A stretch of 64,000 bases of DNA from NCBI RefSeq assembly GCF_963921235.1, contig NC_086108.1, forward strand, positions 90,956,001-91,020,000, read 5' to 3'. The notes below the pieces were generated by a model, which had not been told where the DNA came from, made no database searches, and worked only from the letters and a program-made list of their open reading frames with translations. Origin of the DNA: Mobula hypostoma. Its lineage: Eukaryota. Each line of letters opens with the position of its first letter. The first letter of the stretch is position 1. Below, one piece after another: positions 38,346-50,310 of this stretch. The translations under genes were made by a program, and so were the position numbers.

Positions 38346-40696
38346 GTGTTGCATGAAGGCAGTCCATTATCTACACTAGGCGTCTGCTGATTTGGCTCAT
38401 TTACAGTCAATCAAAAGAACACAGCAGCACACACAAGATGATATCCTTTATCGATAACTATTAGGAACGAATACACAGTTTTATAGTACTGTAGTTGGTC
38501 TAATGTGTTCTGTATTTTATTTAAATACATAACTTGTTCCTCAGTTAAATGGTAGTTTGTCTTTTTTTATACATTTTGTCCCAGTGTGTCCCAATTAGTC
38601 GGTATCCACTGCACTTTGTGTATTAAAGATCAATAATAAGAATGTCCATTTCTAACCGCTGCCAAACATAACCAATCCCAGAGCACTGCAGTTATACTTT
38701 ATACTTTATTGTCGCCAAACAATTGATACTAGAACGTACAATCATCACGGCGATATTTGATTCTGCTCTATCATCAGTAGCATTCACATTGTGTGTATAG
38801 TTTTGAACACCGCACCTTTTTCGTGATATATTAGTACTAAGAGGAGTAAAACTGAACTAGAATGAGATCTGGTCGTCTAAAATTTAAATTACCAGATGAC
38901 GTTACAGACACCATAGTCTCGTCCCCTATAATTTAGAAGTTAATGTTTCATGATAATTAAGGGAAGGTTAAGGGAAGTTAAAGGGCAGATATGAAGAAAT
39001 TACAACCATTGGTTACTAATGTAGGATTTGGTGGCATCATCTAAAATTTAAGATGTTCAGGACTGAAATAAGGAAACTAGCAAAAGATAGCAATTTGTTT
39101 CTCTATGTGACAATTCTTAACTTTAAATCTGAGATTGGTAGTTTTTGTCCCCGAAAGGAATTGGAGATATGGGATAAAAGTTAGGCATATGGAATTAGAC
39201 TGCAGTGTAGATAGGATCATTTTGAGTTATGAAACTTACTCTGGGGACTGAGTGTCCATTCCTAATATTTCTAGGTTACCAACTATACAGGAAGAACTGC
39301 AAGTTTATTTGTTGAGCTTATCTTTAGATGGACTGACACAGGAGATACTGTTTAATCTGCGGATAATACATTACTGGCCCAGCACAACCTTACAATGATA
39401 ATTAAGTTCCTGTGTGTCAAATAGAGCCCCGCTTGCACTTGCACATATCCTTTGAGTTAGGCTGCTATGCTCACCCAGACATAGCCCTCTGGGTAGGAGG
39501 GAGCAGCCATTTTACCATCAGGATAAGGGTGTGGTCATCTTCCGATTCAGAACTATCACCCAATTTCCTTAGATGGTTTGGCAGAAGACAGTTGTTTTGT
39601 GGAGTAATTCTCAGAACATCGGGGAATAGTAAATCACATGTGTAGCTGAAAATTGCATTTAAGAGCAGAAAAAAACAACTTATGCGCACTCCTAGTTCAC
39701 CCTAATAAACTGCTTAAGCCCAAAAAGCTCCTTGAACTTTCCTCCCTGATTTGTTCATGCCTTGGGTCGCCAGTGGAAAGATCTCCATGGGTCTATCCCT
39801 AGATTTGTCTGGGGAGAACCAGACACCATCTACAAATAAAACAGTTCTAGTTCTCAGGCCATGGTCTTTCTACATGTCACCTTTTAATGCTAGGTGACCA
39901 ACTCTGTGGATATTCATCCAACAGAACTACTCTAGAAGATCTATGGCTGGTGTACCCATAGCAACTACTTTGCATACCCTCTTCTTTACTGTTCCATTAA
40001 AAAAATATGAAATAAAACCTCAGGCAAGTGTCATTATCAGATAAAGTACTGAAGTAAATTAGCATTTCTATAAATTGTAATTGTATGATAATGAAGAGAA
40101 CTTTTCTTTTCACACAATAGTAAATAATAGATCAGCCGGGATTGCACACTTAATAATTTAACTGTGTATACCAGAAGTTTTAGAGATAGCATTTATCTTA
40201 GTGTCAAAAATATATATACTGCTTTTAATTAGTTATGCGTTACTTTCTACATGAAGAGATCCTGTAAAGTAATTATGGTCCTTTAACCGTAAGTGGCAAT
40301 AATATCAATTTCATAAACCTGTTTAACTGTCAGCCGTATATTATTGAAGTGAATATCTTACTTCTTAAAACAGTATTTAATTTGTGTGCTTTTGAATACA
40401 ATACCAACCCAAACAAGATACAAAAATGAAGTCACATAAGGCAACACAAAGGGAAGGTAAACAAAAGTTTAGTCAAAGAAGTAAATATTTAAAGGAAGAT
40501 AATTAATGTGGTTCTCCCTTCTACCAACTCTTTTTCATTCCTGACTTATTAGCTAGTTTCAGATGAAGGTTGATATACATGAAATATTAATTCTATTTCT
40601 CTCTCCACGCTTGATGCTTGATCTGATGAGTATTTCTTATTTTTTATTTCACATATTCAATATTCAAGATTTTGTTTTGTAACTTGCATGAATAAG

Positions 40697-41065
40697 GGCA
40701 GATGAGGTTCATCAGCTGTGGTTGGCAGCTCACCTAGGAGAATGAAAACTCTGATCTCAAACCCTGGCTGCCTTACGCTATACCACTCATGGAGAAGGCT
40801 TCAGGAGTAACTTTGTAGGAAAAGTCTGGAGCAGTCCCTAAGATAGTTGACCTATGTTTAGTTCAACACTGACTGGCAACTCCTGCGATGCTGCTGCTGC
40901 CAAACTGTATCGGTCTCTAAGTTTCTTTGGGTTCATCAGATACATGGAGAGGGGGAGCATACTACATGGGCAACAGGTTGCTCTCCATATTGTACTGCCC
41001 GGGCTTAGATTTCTAGACAGCTAAAGTGCAACATCCATAGTTGGCCCTGACCAACTGATGCCTCA
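40697..41065 (+). mobile_element. Non-autonomous RTE-related retroposon
   Basis: Second copy of the 13890-14400 family; 3' end resembles that of the 34673-36749 RTE. Confidence 0.55.
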
Positions 41066-41069
41066 CAAA

Positions 41070-41600
41070 TAAGGACACTGGAGAAGAATTTCCAGTGCTC
41101 AGGATCTTCGCAGCAAAAGATACAGCGATTCATAGTGGAGAAATCAAATTCAGTGATGCCAGGTTTGGAGACACATGAACATTTTGGAAGGTTAAAGGAA
41201 TGGAAGATATTGAAAGGATTTCAAAATAATAAGAAGGAACTTAAATCTGAGGTGCTGCTTCACTGGAAGACTATGTAGGTAACAACCATATCGTAGTGCT
41301 GGGTAAATGAGGTTCGATACACTTTGGGGCATAGGCAGCAGCTTTGGTGACCGTAGGTTTTTGTAGTGTAGACTGATCGGATTTCGAAGTAAGGAAGGGC
41401 ATGGATGACACTTTCACCTGCAGGTGAGTTAATGAGGGGGAAGTAGCCAAACCTGCAGGAGGAGGAAATAGTCTTATTGATGGCACAAAAATGAGGTCCA
41501 GAATTCAACTCATGGACAAAGGTGGCATGAGCTTTACGATTCATTTTCTAAGAGCTGCAAGGAAAAGAGGTGATAACAGCGATGGGCACCAAAGATGATC
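41070..41600 (-). mobile_element. Ancient L2-like LINE RT remnant
   Basis: Frameshifted VIHAL / LTSKSDQS resembles the L2 motif LIHAFVTSRLDY; upstream LNSGPHFCAINKT resembles LSFKPHI..ITKT. Confidence 0.5.
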
Positions 41601-42045
41601 ATTTCCCTTTTCCCAGTTTTAGAAAAGCATGATCTTATAAGTGAAGAATTAGCCTGTTAGCCGCAGCAAGAAGAAATACGACAAGATCTGTAGCTTTGAT
41701 TTGTAAAAGATCTTGTATTATAGAAACATTTTGCATTAGTGGCAAGAGATATGTTTGTACATAATATAATTTTGTTCATACATGTGCCCTGGGCAATAAT
41801 AGATCAAATTTCAGACTGTATGTTAGCACAATGCATAATTTTGTTTTTAATGTGACCACAGTAATGTTATTTGTGAGATATTATTTTGCATTAAAACATA
41901 TTTAATATTGTTTCATACTGAAATATTCATCTATTCATTAAAAGCATCCTGTAAAGATCTAATAGATATGTAATAATTCTGTTATAAAGTAAGCTTTTTC
42001 TTGGATATTATTCTTAAAACTGCTGTGTCATTTATCTCTTAACAG

Positions 42046-42114
42046 ATCATCATTGCCAGCCTTATGTGCACTTACAACAAGGATGACTGGACAGAGCTTG
42101 CAAAAATGGCAGAG
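42046..42114 (+). CDS. DPYD: DPYD coding exon equivalent to human exon 15 (69 bp); too short for the ORF track
   Basis: tttatctcttaacAG|ATC ATC ATT GCC...GCA GAG|GTagat translates IIIASLMCTYNKDDWTELAKMAE (human [23 protein letters not shown]) and continues exon 14 in frame. Confidence 0.96.
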
Positions 42115-43174
42115 GTAGATTGTTTGTCTTTGTGACACTTGAACTGATTTTAAATGTTAAGTTTTGCCTTGTGTTTTGTTAAGGCGCATTATATTAAGTG
42201 TAGGTAGAACGTCAACAGATTCAAGGTTTAGCTGTAAGATGCATTTTCATTTTAAGATAATGCTTCATCGAGTAAAGGGAGTTTTGATTTAAACCGTTGC
42301 TGACGGATAGGATGGGACAGGCAATTAATTCAGTTTCAGGACGTGGATAGTATTGGCAAGAATGGCATTACTCACCACAGTTGACTTTAAGTGTGGCAGG
42401 TCTTTTTCTTGAAAAGTACAGAACCTGTATAGCATTTTTTACAATAATTTGGAAAAAGTGAGCTGGTTGTTAAAACAATTTTAGAGGACACTTAATCGAG
42501 TCAGCCACACTGGTGTGTGACTACATTTACAAATACTGTATTGGTATTAGGTAAAGAAATTTGGCTTCATTTCCTTAACAATATTTTAAATTGCAACAAA
42601 TTTCATTTCCACTTTTACAGTGAAATGAATTTAAATTATCCAACTTTGTATTGATAATGGATTAGCAATTCAACTGTTTTTAAAATTTTGTTCTTGGGTG
42701 TCTCTGAGATGAATAAAATTGAAGAGTTGAGGAAGACGTCATACATAGACCAGACAAGGTATTGATGGCAGATTTATAAATATTCTCCTGCATAGAACCA
42801 GTACAGCCTCAACCAGCTGAATGACTTCATTCTGCCCTGGAGTCATTTCCTGATTTCCTTCCCTAAAGGACATTAATAGACCATTGAGGTTTTATGACAA
42901 GTTGATAAAACGTGGTCACTGGTATTGAAACCAGCCTTTAAGGCCAGATTGATTTAATTAACTGAATTCAAATTCCCATCAAGGGATTTGAACTCATGCC
43001 TTTGGATAACTAGAAGATAGAGAGGTTAGTTATATGATGTCATGATAACATTTCACTGAATATCTGCAAAACAAAAGAAGTTATCATTGACTTCGGGAAG
43101 GAGGCAGTTTGCATGCTCCTGTCTACGTTAATGGTGCTGAGATTTGGAGGGTTCAACTTCCTAAGAGTTAACAT

Positions 43175-43376
43175 CACCAACAGCCTAACTTAGTCCAACC
43201 ACATAGGTCCCATAGACATGAAAACCACCAACAGCCTAACTTAATCCAACCACATAGGTCCCATAGACATGAAAACCACCAACAGCCTAACTTAGTCCAA
43301 CCACATAGGTCCCATAGACATGAAAACCACCAACAGCCTAACTTAATCCAACCACATAGGTCCCATAGACATGAAA
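43175..43376 (+). repeat. Tandem repeat, 4 x 51 bp
   Basis: Unit CACCAACAGCCTAACTTA(G/A)TCCAACCACATAGGTCCCATAGACATGAAAAC starts at 43175, 43226, 43277 and 43328. Confidence 0.95.
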
Positions 43377-43670
43377 GCTCACCAATGCTTCGACTTCCTC
43401 AGGAGGCTGAAGAAATTTGGCATGTCCCTGTTGACCATTACCAATTTTTATAGACACACCATCCTATCTGGATACATCATGGTGTGGTAGGGCAGTTGCT
43501 CTGCCCACGAAACTGCAGATAGGCCAGCATAATCAAAGAGTCTACACATCCCTGACATTCTCTCTTCTCTCCTCTCCCATTAGGCAGAAGCCTGAAATTA
43601 TATAACATTCAGCTCAAGGACAGCTTCTACCGTAATGTTATAAAACTATTTGTAATGTTATAAAACTATT

Positions 43671-44560
43671 TGTAACAAGCCTTCAGGCCTGTGTGGGAGC
43701 CGAAGAGCATTGGGCTCTGAGATTTTTAATGCACCTGAATTGGTTAATTGTTGTTTAGCGAGAGTCTTTAATTGTTTAGATTTGCTTGTGTTTTTCTCGC
43801 TCTTTGTAATATGGACACCTGAAGCTTTCTGTTTAGACTTGTTAAGTTTATTTAGTTAGGCTCAAGGATTCCCTGTTACTTGTAAAGCACTAATTGCAGG
43901 GTCCTAGTTTTGAGAATGTCACTCAGCCAAGCCACCACTGTTCTATTAGAATTCTTATGAAAAAACTCTGCTCACTTTCATTGGAGTTTCTCCATTAGAG
44001 CTTGTCTATCCTCTGCACCTGAGATCTGGCATCGTAATAGAAAGAGTCCACTAATAATAGACCTCTGGAAAGTTGAACAGCAACGTTTTGACATTAGGTT
44101 GGCTTTAGGTGAGAATGTCATTCTATTCTCAAGTCCACGTTCTGAGTTTACATTCAGAGAGTCCGTAGTCTACATTCTGAGTTTCTAAAGCCCACATTCT
44201 GAGTCAATGTTCTGACTGTCTCTAGGCTACATTCTGAGTTTTTCAAATCCATATTCTGAGTCCACGCTCTGAACTTTTCTTGTCTACGTACTAAGCTTCT
44301 CAATTCCACATTCCAAGCTTCTCTAGTCTACGTTCAAAGCTTTTGCCAAGTCTCAAGGCTTTCTCCTGTTCGAAGACTTCCAGTCCTTAAGGTTATCAAG
44401 GTTCTCAAGGTTGTCCAGATTTCCCATAGCCCTCCATGTTTCTCAGAACTGTTTAGGGTGTCTGAGGTTTGTTCATGGGTTACACTGGTTGCCGTTGCGA
44501 CATTGGACTCTGTCTGTCCTCAACATCCAAGTTCCCACATCGTCAGCACCCACCACGACA
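43671..44560. mobile_element. 890-bp LTR-like insert (TG...CA) with internal degenerate short repeats
   Basis: Begins TGTAAC, ends ACGACA; flanks CTATT / CTAGT; interrupts the Rex remnant; about 10 copies of cYACATTCTGAGT-like motifs at 44130-44345. Confidence 0.6.
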
Positions 44561-45427
44561 CTAGTATGATAAAATAGACTATTGGCTATTGTTGTGTTCT
44601 TGCACTTTTTTGATTACCTGGACTGCACTTTCTCTGTAGCTGTTACACTTTATTCTACATTTTGTTCTTGTTTTAGCTTGTACTACCTCAATATACTGTG
44701 TAATGATTTTATCTGTATGCCAGACAAGCACTTCACTGTACATCAGTCCCTGTGACAATAATAAACCAATTCCAATAACCCAGTTCCAATTCCTATCTGT
44801 TCAGTTATGCTGGATTACTGGTGCAGTGAAATCATTTATGTGAATATTCAGACAATTTTATACCAACATCAAAGGGGACCCTATATGATCCAACCAGATC
44901 TGGCTGGGCATGCGTAATAAACTTGTAAACCTGTATTGTTTGGAATTAGGGCAGTGATTATGGGGAAATTTACTAGGAGGAATGATACCACCCCATCTCC
45001 CCAAATCTCTGCTGCTTCAGGATGAGAGTAGGAGTTTTAATTAATACAAATATAGAGAAAGGCACATTGCTATGCAGGTATGAGGCAGCTAAAAAAGAAG
45101 AGTGAGAGGTTTACGGGGTAGAAGCTTCTTCTATGGGACATTGCAGAAGGAAATAGGGTGCATATGGGTGTGGCAAAGAATATAAGAGAGATTGTTTTTT
45201 CTCTGACTGAGATGAGATTAGTGAGATCATATGTCTGGATTGAGGAGAACGTTTTTGGAATGTAGAACGTAGAACAGAGAATAGTGCAGCACAGTAAAGG
45301 TCCTTTGGCCCATGATGTGTCAACCTCTTAAGCTACTCCAAGAGCAATTTAACCCTTCCCTCCTACATGTCTCATGACCCTCCATTTTTCTTTCATCCAT
45401 GTGCCTATCCAAGAGTCTCTTAAATTA

Positions 45428-45952
45428 CACAAACACGAGGAAATCTGCAGATGCTGGAAATTCAAGCAACACACATCAGTTTCTGGTGAACGCAGCAGAC
45501 CAGGCAGCATCTCTAGGAAGAGGTACAGTCGACGTTTCGGGCCGAGACCCTTTGTCAGGACTAACTGAAAGAAGAGCTAGTAAGAGATTCGAAAGTGGGA
45601 GGGGGAGGGGGAGATCCGAAATGATAGGGGAAGACAGGAGGGGGAGGGATGGAGCCAAGAGCTGGACAGGTGATTGGCAAAAGGGATATGAGAGGATCAT
45701 GTAGGCCTCCTGTCCCATGATCCTCTCATATCCCTTTTGCCAATCAACTGTCCAGCTCTTGGCTCCATCCCTCCCCCTCCTGTCTTCTATCATTTCGGAT
45801 CTCCCCCTCCCCCTCCCACTTTCAAATCTCTTACTAGCTCTTATTTCAGTTAGTCCTGACGAAGGGTCTCGGCCCGAAACGTCGACCGTACCTCTTCCTA
45901 GAGATGCTGCCTGGCCTGATGCGTTCACCAGCAACTTTGATGTGTGTTGCTT
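45428..45952. mobile_element. Inverted pair of Penelope terminal regions inserted as one unit
   Basis: Arms about 45462-45701 and 45716-45954 are reverse complements around a 14-nt loop; TSD GAGTCTCTTAAATTA at 45413-45427 and 45953-45967. Confidence 0.9.
45852..45887 (+). ncRNA. Minimal type-I hammerhead ribozyme motif, core intact
   Basis: AGUC-CUGACGA-A-GGGU(CUCG)GCCC-GAAA-CGUC^GACC; predicted cleavage after 45883. Confidence 0.75.
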
Positions 45953-48512
45953 GAGTCTCTTAAATTAACTGCATCTGTATCAGCCTCCACCACCATAACC
46001 AGCAGTGTGTTCCAGGCACATAGCATTCTCTGAGTAAAAATCCCTACCTCTGACATCTCCCTGAAATTTCCTTCACTCCCCTTAAAAGGGGGTTAGGTTT
46101 ATAAATTTAGCATTTGGTGCAACATTTACATGCTTCATCAGATAAAAGTTTAAGCTTATTTGTTGAGGAATTGTTTCAAGGTTCACTGTGCTTTTGGTGC
46201 ACCAGCGCAGTGAGTTAGATGAACAATCCAAATGGCATCCAATGATGTCCAACACATACTATATTCGAATATAAATACCCCCCCGCAGTGCAGACAACTC
46301 TTGCAGAAACTCCCTACTGATGAACCTGAGGCTTGTTCTGGGTATATTTGAAAGAAACCTGCAAACCATTAGCCTTTAGCCAACAAGCACAGACCTCGCT
46401 GTGAGTATCCCTTGGACTATGAACATCATAACTGGACCTGACTATGACCCTAAACTTGAACCTCACACACCTGTTGTAGAGCTCTGTTCTCCAGGTTCTG
46501 ATCAGATTCAAGGGGGGGATCACAAATTCACCTCCTCTGATTGACAACTCTTAAATCAAACGTATGAGGATGTAAATGGAAGTTATTTGGTCCATGTGTC
46601 CATGCCAACTTCCAGAGAATAATCCCATTCCCCCCTCCTATTTCCCCATTTTTCTCCAACATATTCTCTCAGTTGTCCATATTAACTTCCCCTTGATTCT
46701 CTTTGCCATTAATTTCCACCTAGTGACAGTTTACAGACTCCAGTTCACCAGCAGCGTGTTTGGAATGCGGAAAGAATCAGGAGCACCTGAGGAAGCCTGA
46801 ACAATCAGAGAAAGAAAATGCATAGAAAAAGCGCAGGGAACACTGATGGCTGGGATCGAAGCTGGGATTGTGGACCTGAGGGGTAGCAGCCCAACCTCCG
46901 TGCCATCTTGCCATCTCCATTTCACCACTTCCCTGTACAGGATTGCCGAATTGGACACAAAGTCTTGGGCCTTAAGTTAAAAGAATTTCACAACAGCCAG
47001 CCCTTGTTCCATCCCACCATACATAACCAGTCTAATATGCCTTTCCTGGCACAGGAAAAAAAATATTGCTTAGTTTTAAACTGGAGGGAGAGATTAAGGG
47101 AAGTCAGCCAAAAAGATTTCATTTATAGTGGAAATGGAATAAAACTAAAATGAATTTCATTGTCCTCCTGTGATGTGCATTTGATCACATTAGCGTGACA
47201 TAGTTAGTGATTGATTTCCTATATTTTGTTTCTTGTTACCACATTACTCAAGGTGGTAAAAGTCTTTTAAAGAGCTTGCAACGAGTCTGAAATATGAGGG
47301 GTAATTTTAAATCCCAAAAGTAGTTGAGCATTAGGCAGTCATTAAGAAAGTTGTGTGCCTTCATTTTAAGGTTGTATTATTGGACAGAGAACTATTTCCT
47401 CCAGGTCTAACTAAATTTGGTGTAAATCCTATAGCTTCCGCCTCCATATCTCCACCCACTGTGTCTCTGTGTCTTTGCACTATCACCTCACAACTCCACA
47501 CTTCTGCTCTGTGATCACCCTACCTCTGTCACCCTCTGCCCAAACATGGACCAGTCCTCAACTATATCTTCACAGCTTTACAATGTCCCCCTTTCTCCCC
47601 AGACTCTCCCAGCTCTACAGCTTGTCTTTGTCAAGAACTTGCCTCGTCTGATGAGTGGTCGAGCCAGTCAGTCTGCCTGACTTCCAGAATAGGCCATTAA
47701 AAGTAAATCTAAACCTTCACTGAGTTAGATTTGGAAAGATTTATATCCTCCCATTCGCTTTCAGTTCCTAACACCCCGCACCTGCTTTGAAGCATAACGC
47801 ATGTAGGCTCGTCGCTATTCAGTATCCTACAAAATCAGCTTTATCTCTCTGTAGTTACAGCTCTTGACAACTGCATTTCCTTGTAACGCAGACTGTATAT
47901 ACTCACGGTGATGTTCCTGAAATTGCAAGTCATGTTTTGTGTGTGACGCTGCAGTCTTTACTACAAAATCCCAGGTTAAGAGAGCTTATTGAAGGGAAAT
48001 TAAATTAAATGCTATTAGTAATTGGTTTTCTGATATTAAGCTCCAGATTCATTTTAAACCGATTTTGGCCTGATTGACCATGAAATCTGCCACTGAATTC
48101 TGGCTTAACTCGAGCTTCACTGTTTAAGTGCCAACAATGATGAATGGCTTTATCAAGGAGCTTCTTCCTTTACTGTCGTTTTCATTCACAGTGCTTATTA
48201 TTATTTTTTCACTTCTGCAATGGATCGAGAAGAATCATAACTGACAGGAGCAAGTTTTTGAAGGAAAAAGATACGTTTAATGTTTTAGTTCAAGATTAGG
48301 AGTTCCAACATATTGGTGTAGGACTTAATTTGCAAGTGCTTGTTTTTCACATGCAATATCAATCTATCATAATTATGCCCCTTGCAACGTTGGTTAGTGC
48401 TCTACCATGAATATCAGGAAAATGCCCAAAGAGTGCTGTACATCAATCAGTGTTATAAGTCACATTTTCTATCATCATCTCCTCAATAATACTGATAGTC
48501 ACCACACTATCC

Positions 48513-48972
48513 TGAGATTCATTTTCTTGCAGGCATTCACAGTAGAACAAAGAAATACAGTAGAATCAGTGAAAATCTACACACAGACACTGACAAGCAA
48601 CCAATGTGCAAAAGACAAACTGTGCAAATACAATAAATAAATAAATATTACTGAGAACATGAGTTGCTTCAGTCACCGAAAGTGAGTCCGTAGGTTGTGC
48701 TCAGTAATCAATTCAGTGGTGAGGTGAGTGAAGTTATCCATGCTGGTTTAGGAGCCTGATGGTTGAAGGGGAATAACTGTTCCTGAACCTGGTGGTGTGA
48801 GATCTAAGCCTCCTGTACCTCCTACCCAATGGTAGGAGTGAGAAGAGAGCATGGCCTGGAAGGTGGGGGTCCTTGATGATGGATGCTGCTTTCTTGTGGA
48901 AGCGTTCCTTGTAGATGTGCTCAATGGTGGAGAGGGCTTTTCCTGTGATGGGTAGGGCTGTGTCCACCACAG
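48513..48972 (-). mobile_element. Rex/Babar-like LINE 3' fragment
   Basis: ORF 48734-49096 KKAASIIKDPHLPGHALFSLLPLGRRYR..FRNSYSPSTIRLLN. Confidence 0.8.
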
Positions 48973-49296
48973 TGCCGTCCATCACAGGATATAACACATT
49001 ATCCATGAAATGGATAACAGTGCTACTGTTGTGAGGAGTTCTCACTTCTAGGACTGTGGTTAATTGATTTTGATCAATTGTATCCACTACAAACAAATTC
49101 CTATAAAACTAATAGGCCGCAAAAGAAGTATTGCATCCTGACCTAGTCACCAGGCTATAGAATTGTTGCAGAAGTGATTCAGTTATTCTTAGACAGAGAG
49201 ACTGAGATTTTTCTCTGTGGAGGAACAAGTTTAAGAGAAATAAACATCGCAATGTCTGGAAACAATCTGAATCAGAATCAAGTTCATCATCACCGG

Positions 49297-50310
49297 CATA
49301 GAAACATAGAAAACCTACAGCACAATACAGACCCTTTGGCCTGCAATGCTGTGCCGAACATGTACATACGTTAGAAATTACCTAGGGTTACCCATACCCT
49401 CTATTTTTCTCAGCTCCATGTACCTATCCAGGAGTCTCTTAAAAGATCCTATTGTATCTGCCTCCAACACCATCGCTGGCAGCCCATTCCATGCACTCAC
49501 CATTCTCTGCGTAAAAAACTTACCCCTGACATCTACTCTGTACCTACTTCCAAGCACCTTAAAACTATGCCCTCTCGTGCTAGCTATTTCAGCCCTGGGA
49601 AAAAGCCTCTGACTATCCACATGATCAATGCCTCTCATCATCTTGTACACCTCTATCAGGTCATCTCTCATCCTCCGTCGCTCCGAGGAGAAAAGGCCGA
49701 GTTCACTCAACCTATTCTCATAAGGCGTGCTCCCCAATCCTGGCAACATCCTTGTAAATCTCGTCTGCACCCTTTCTATGGTTTCCATGTCCTTCCTGTA
49801 GTGAGGCGAGCAGAATTGAGCACAATACTCCAAGTGGGGTCTGACCAGGGCACTATATAACTGCAACATTACCTCTCGGCTCTTAAACTTAATCCCACGG
49901 TTGATGAAGGCCAATGCACCATATGCCTTTTTAACCACAGAGTCAACCTGCGCAGTAGCTTCGAGTGTCCTGTCGATTCGGACCACAAGATCCCTCTGAT
50001 CCTCGACACTGCCAAGAGTCTTACCGTTAATACTATATTCTGTCATCATATTTGACCTACCAAATTGAACCATCTCACACTTACCTGGGTTGAACTCCAT
50101 CTGCCACTTCTCAGCCTAGTTTTGCATTTTATCAATGCCCCGCTGTAACCTCTGACAGCCCTCCACACTACCCACAACACCCCCAACCTTTGTGTCATCA
50201 GTAAATTTACTAACCCATCCCTCCACTTCCTCATCCAGGTCATTTTTAAAAATCACAAAGAGGAAAGATCCCAGAACAGATCCCTGAGGCACACCACTGG
50301 TCACTGACCT
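49297..50310 (-). mobile_element. Young CR1 LINE, 5'-truncated
   Basis: ORFs 50116-50304 (SGVPQGSVLG, FTDDTK) and 49378-50100 (240-aa CR1 C-terminus). Confidence 0.92.

Larger units (their letters stand above)
43050..44785 (+). mobile_element. Decayed Rex/Babar-like LINE hosting a tandem amplification and an LTR-like insert
   Basis: KTKEVIIDFGK and FLRRLKKFGM remnants; 3' UTR ends gtgacaataataaaccaattccaat. Confidence 0.7.
45262..46088 (-). mobile_element. CR1 3' fragment hosting the Penelope inverted repeat
   Basis: CR1 tail and UTR at 45262-45427 continue at 45968-46088. Confidence 0.72.

Noticed and set aside
41260..41544. 94-aa ORF as a novel protein
   Set aside because: Better explained as a frameshifted L2-like RT remnant.
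43175..43376. CRISPR-like array
   Set aside because: Units are contiguous with no unique spacers, derive from LINE sequence, and there are no cas genes in this vertebrate intron.
45399..45968. Recurring ORFs such as MLVNAAGQAASLGRGTVDVSGRD and ILSYPFCQS as a peptide family
   Set aside because: They are translations of the non-coding Penelope terminal region repeated at 8.1-8.5, 45.4-46.0, 54.4-54.9 and 60.9-61.2 kb.
48136..48245. C/D-box snoRNA (ATGATGA ... CTGA)
   Set aside because: No terminal stem and no recognisable guide sequence; the boxes are short enough to occur by chance.
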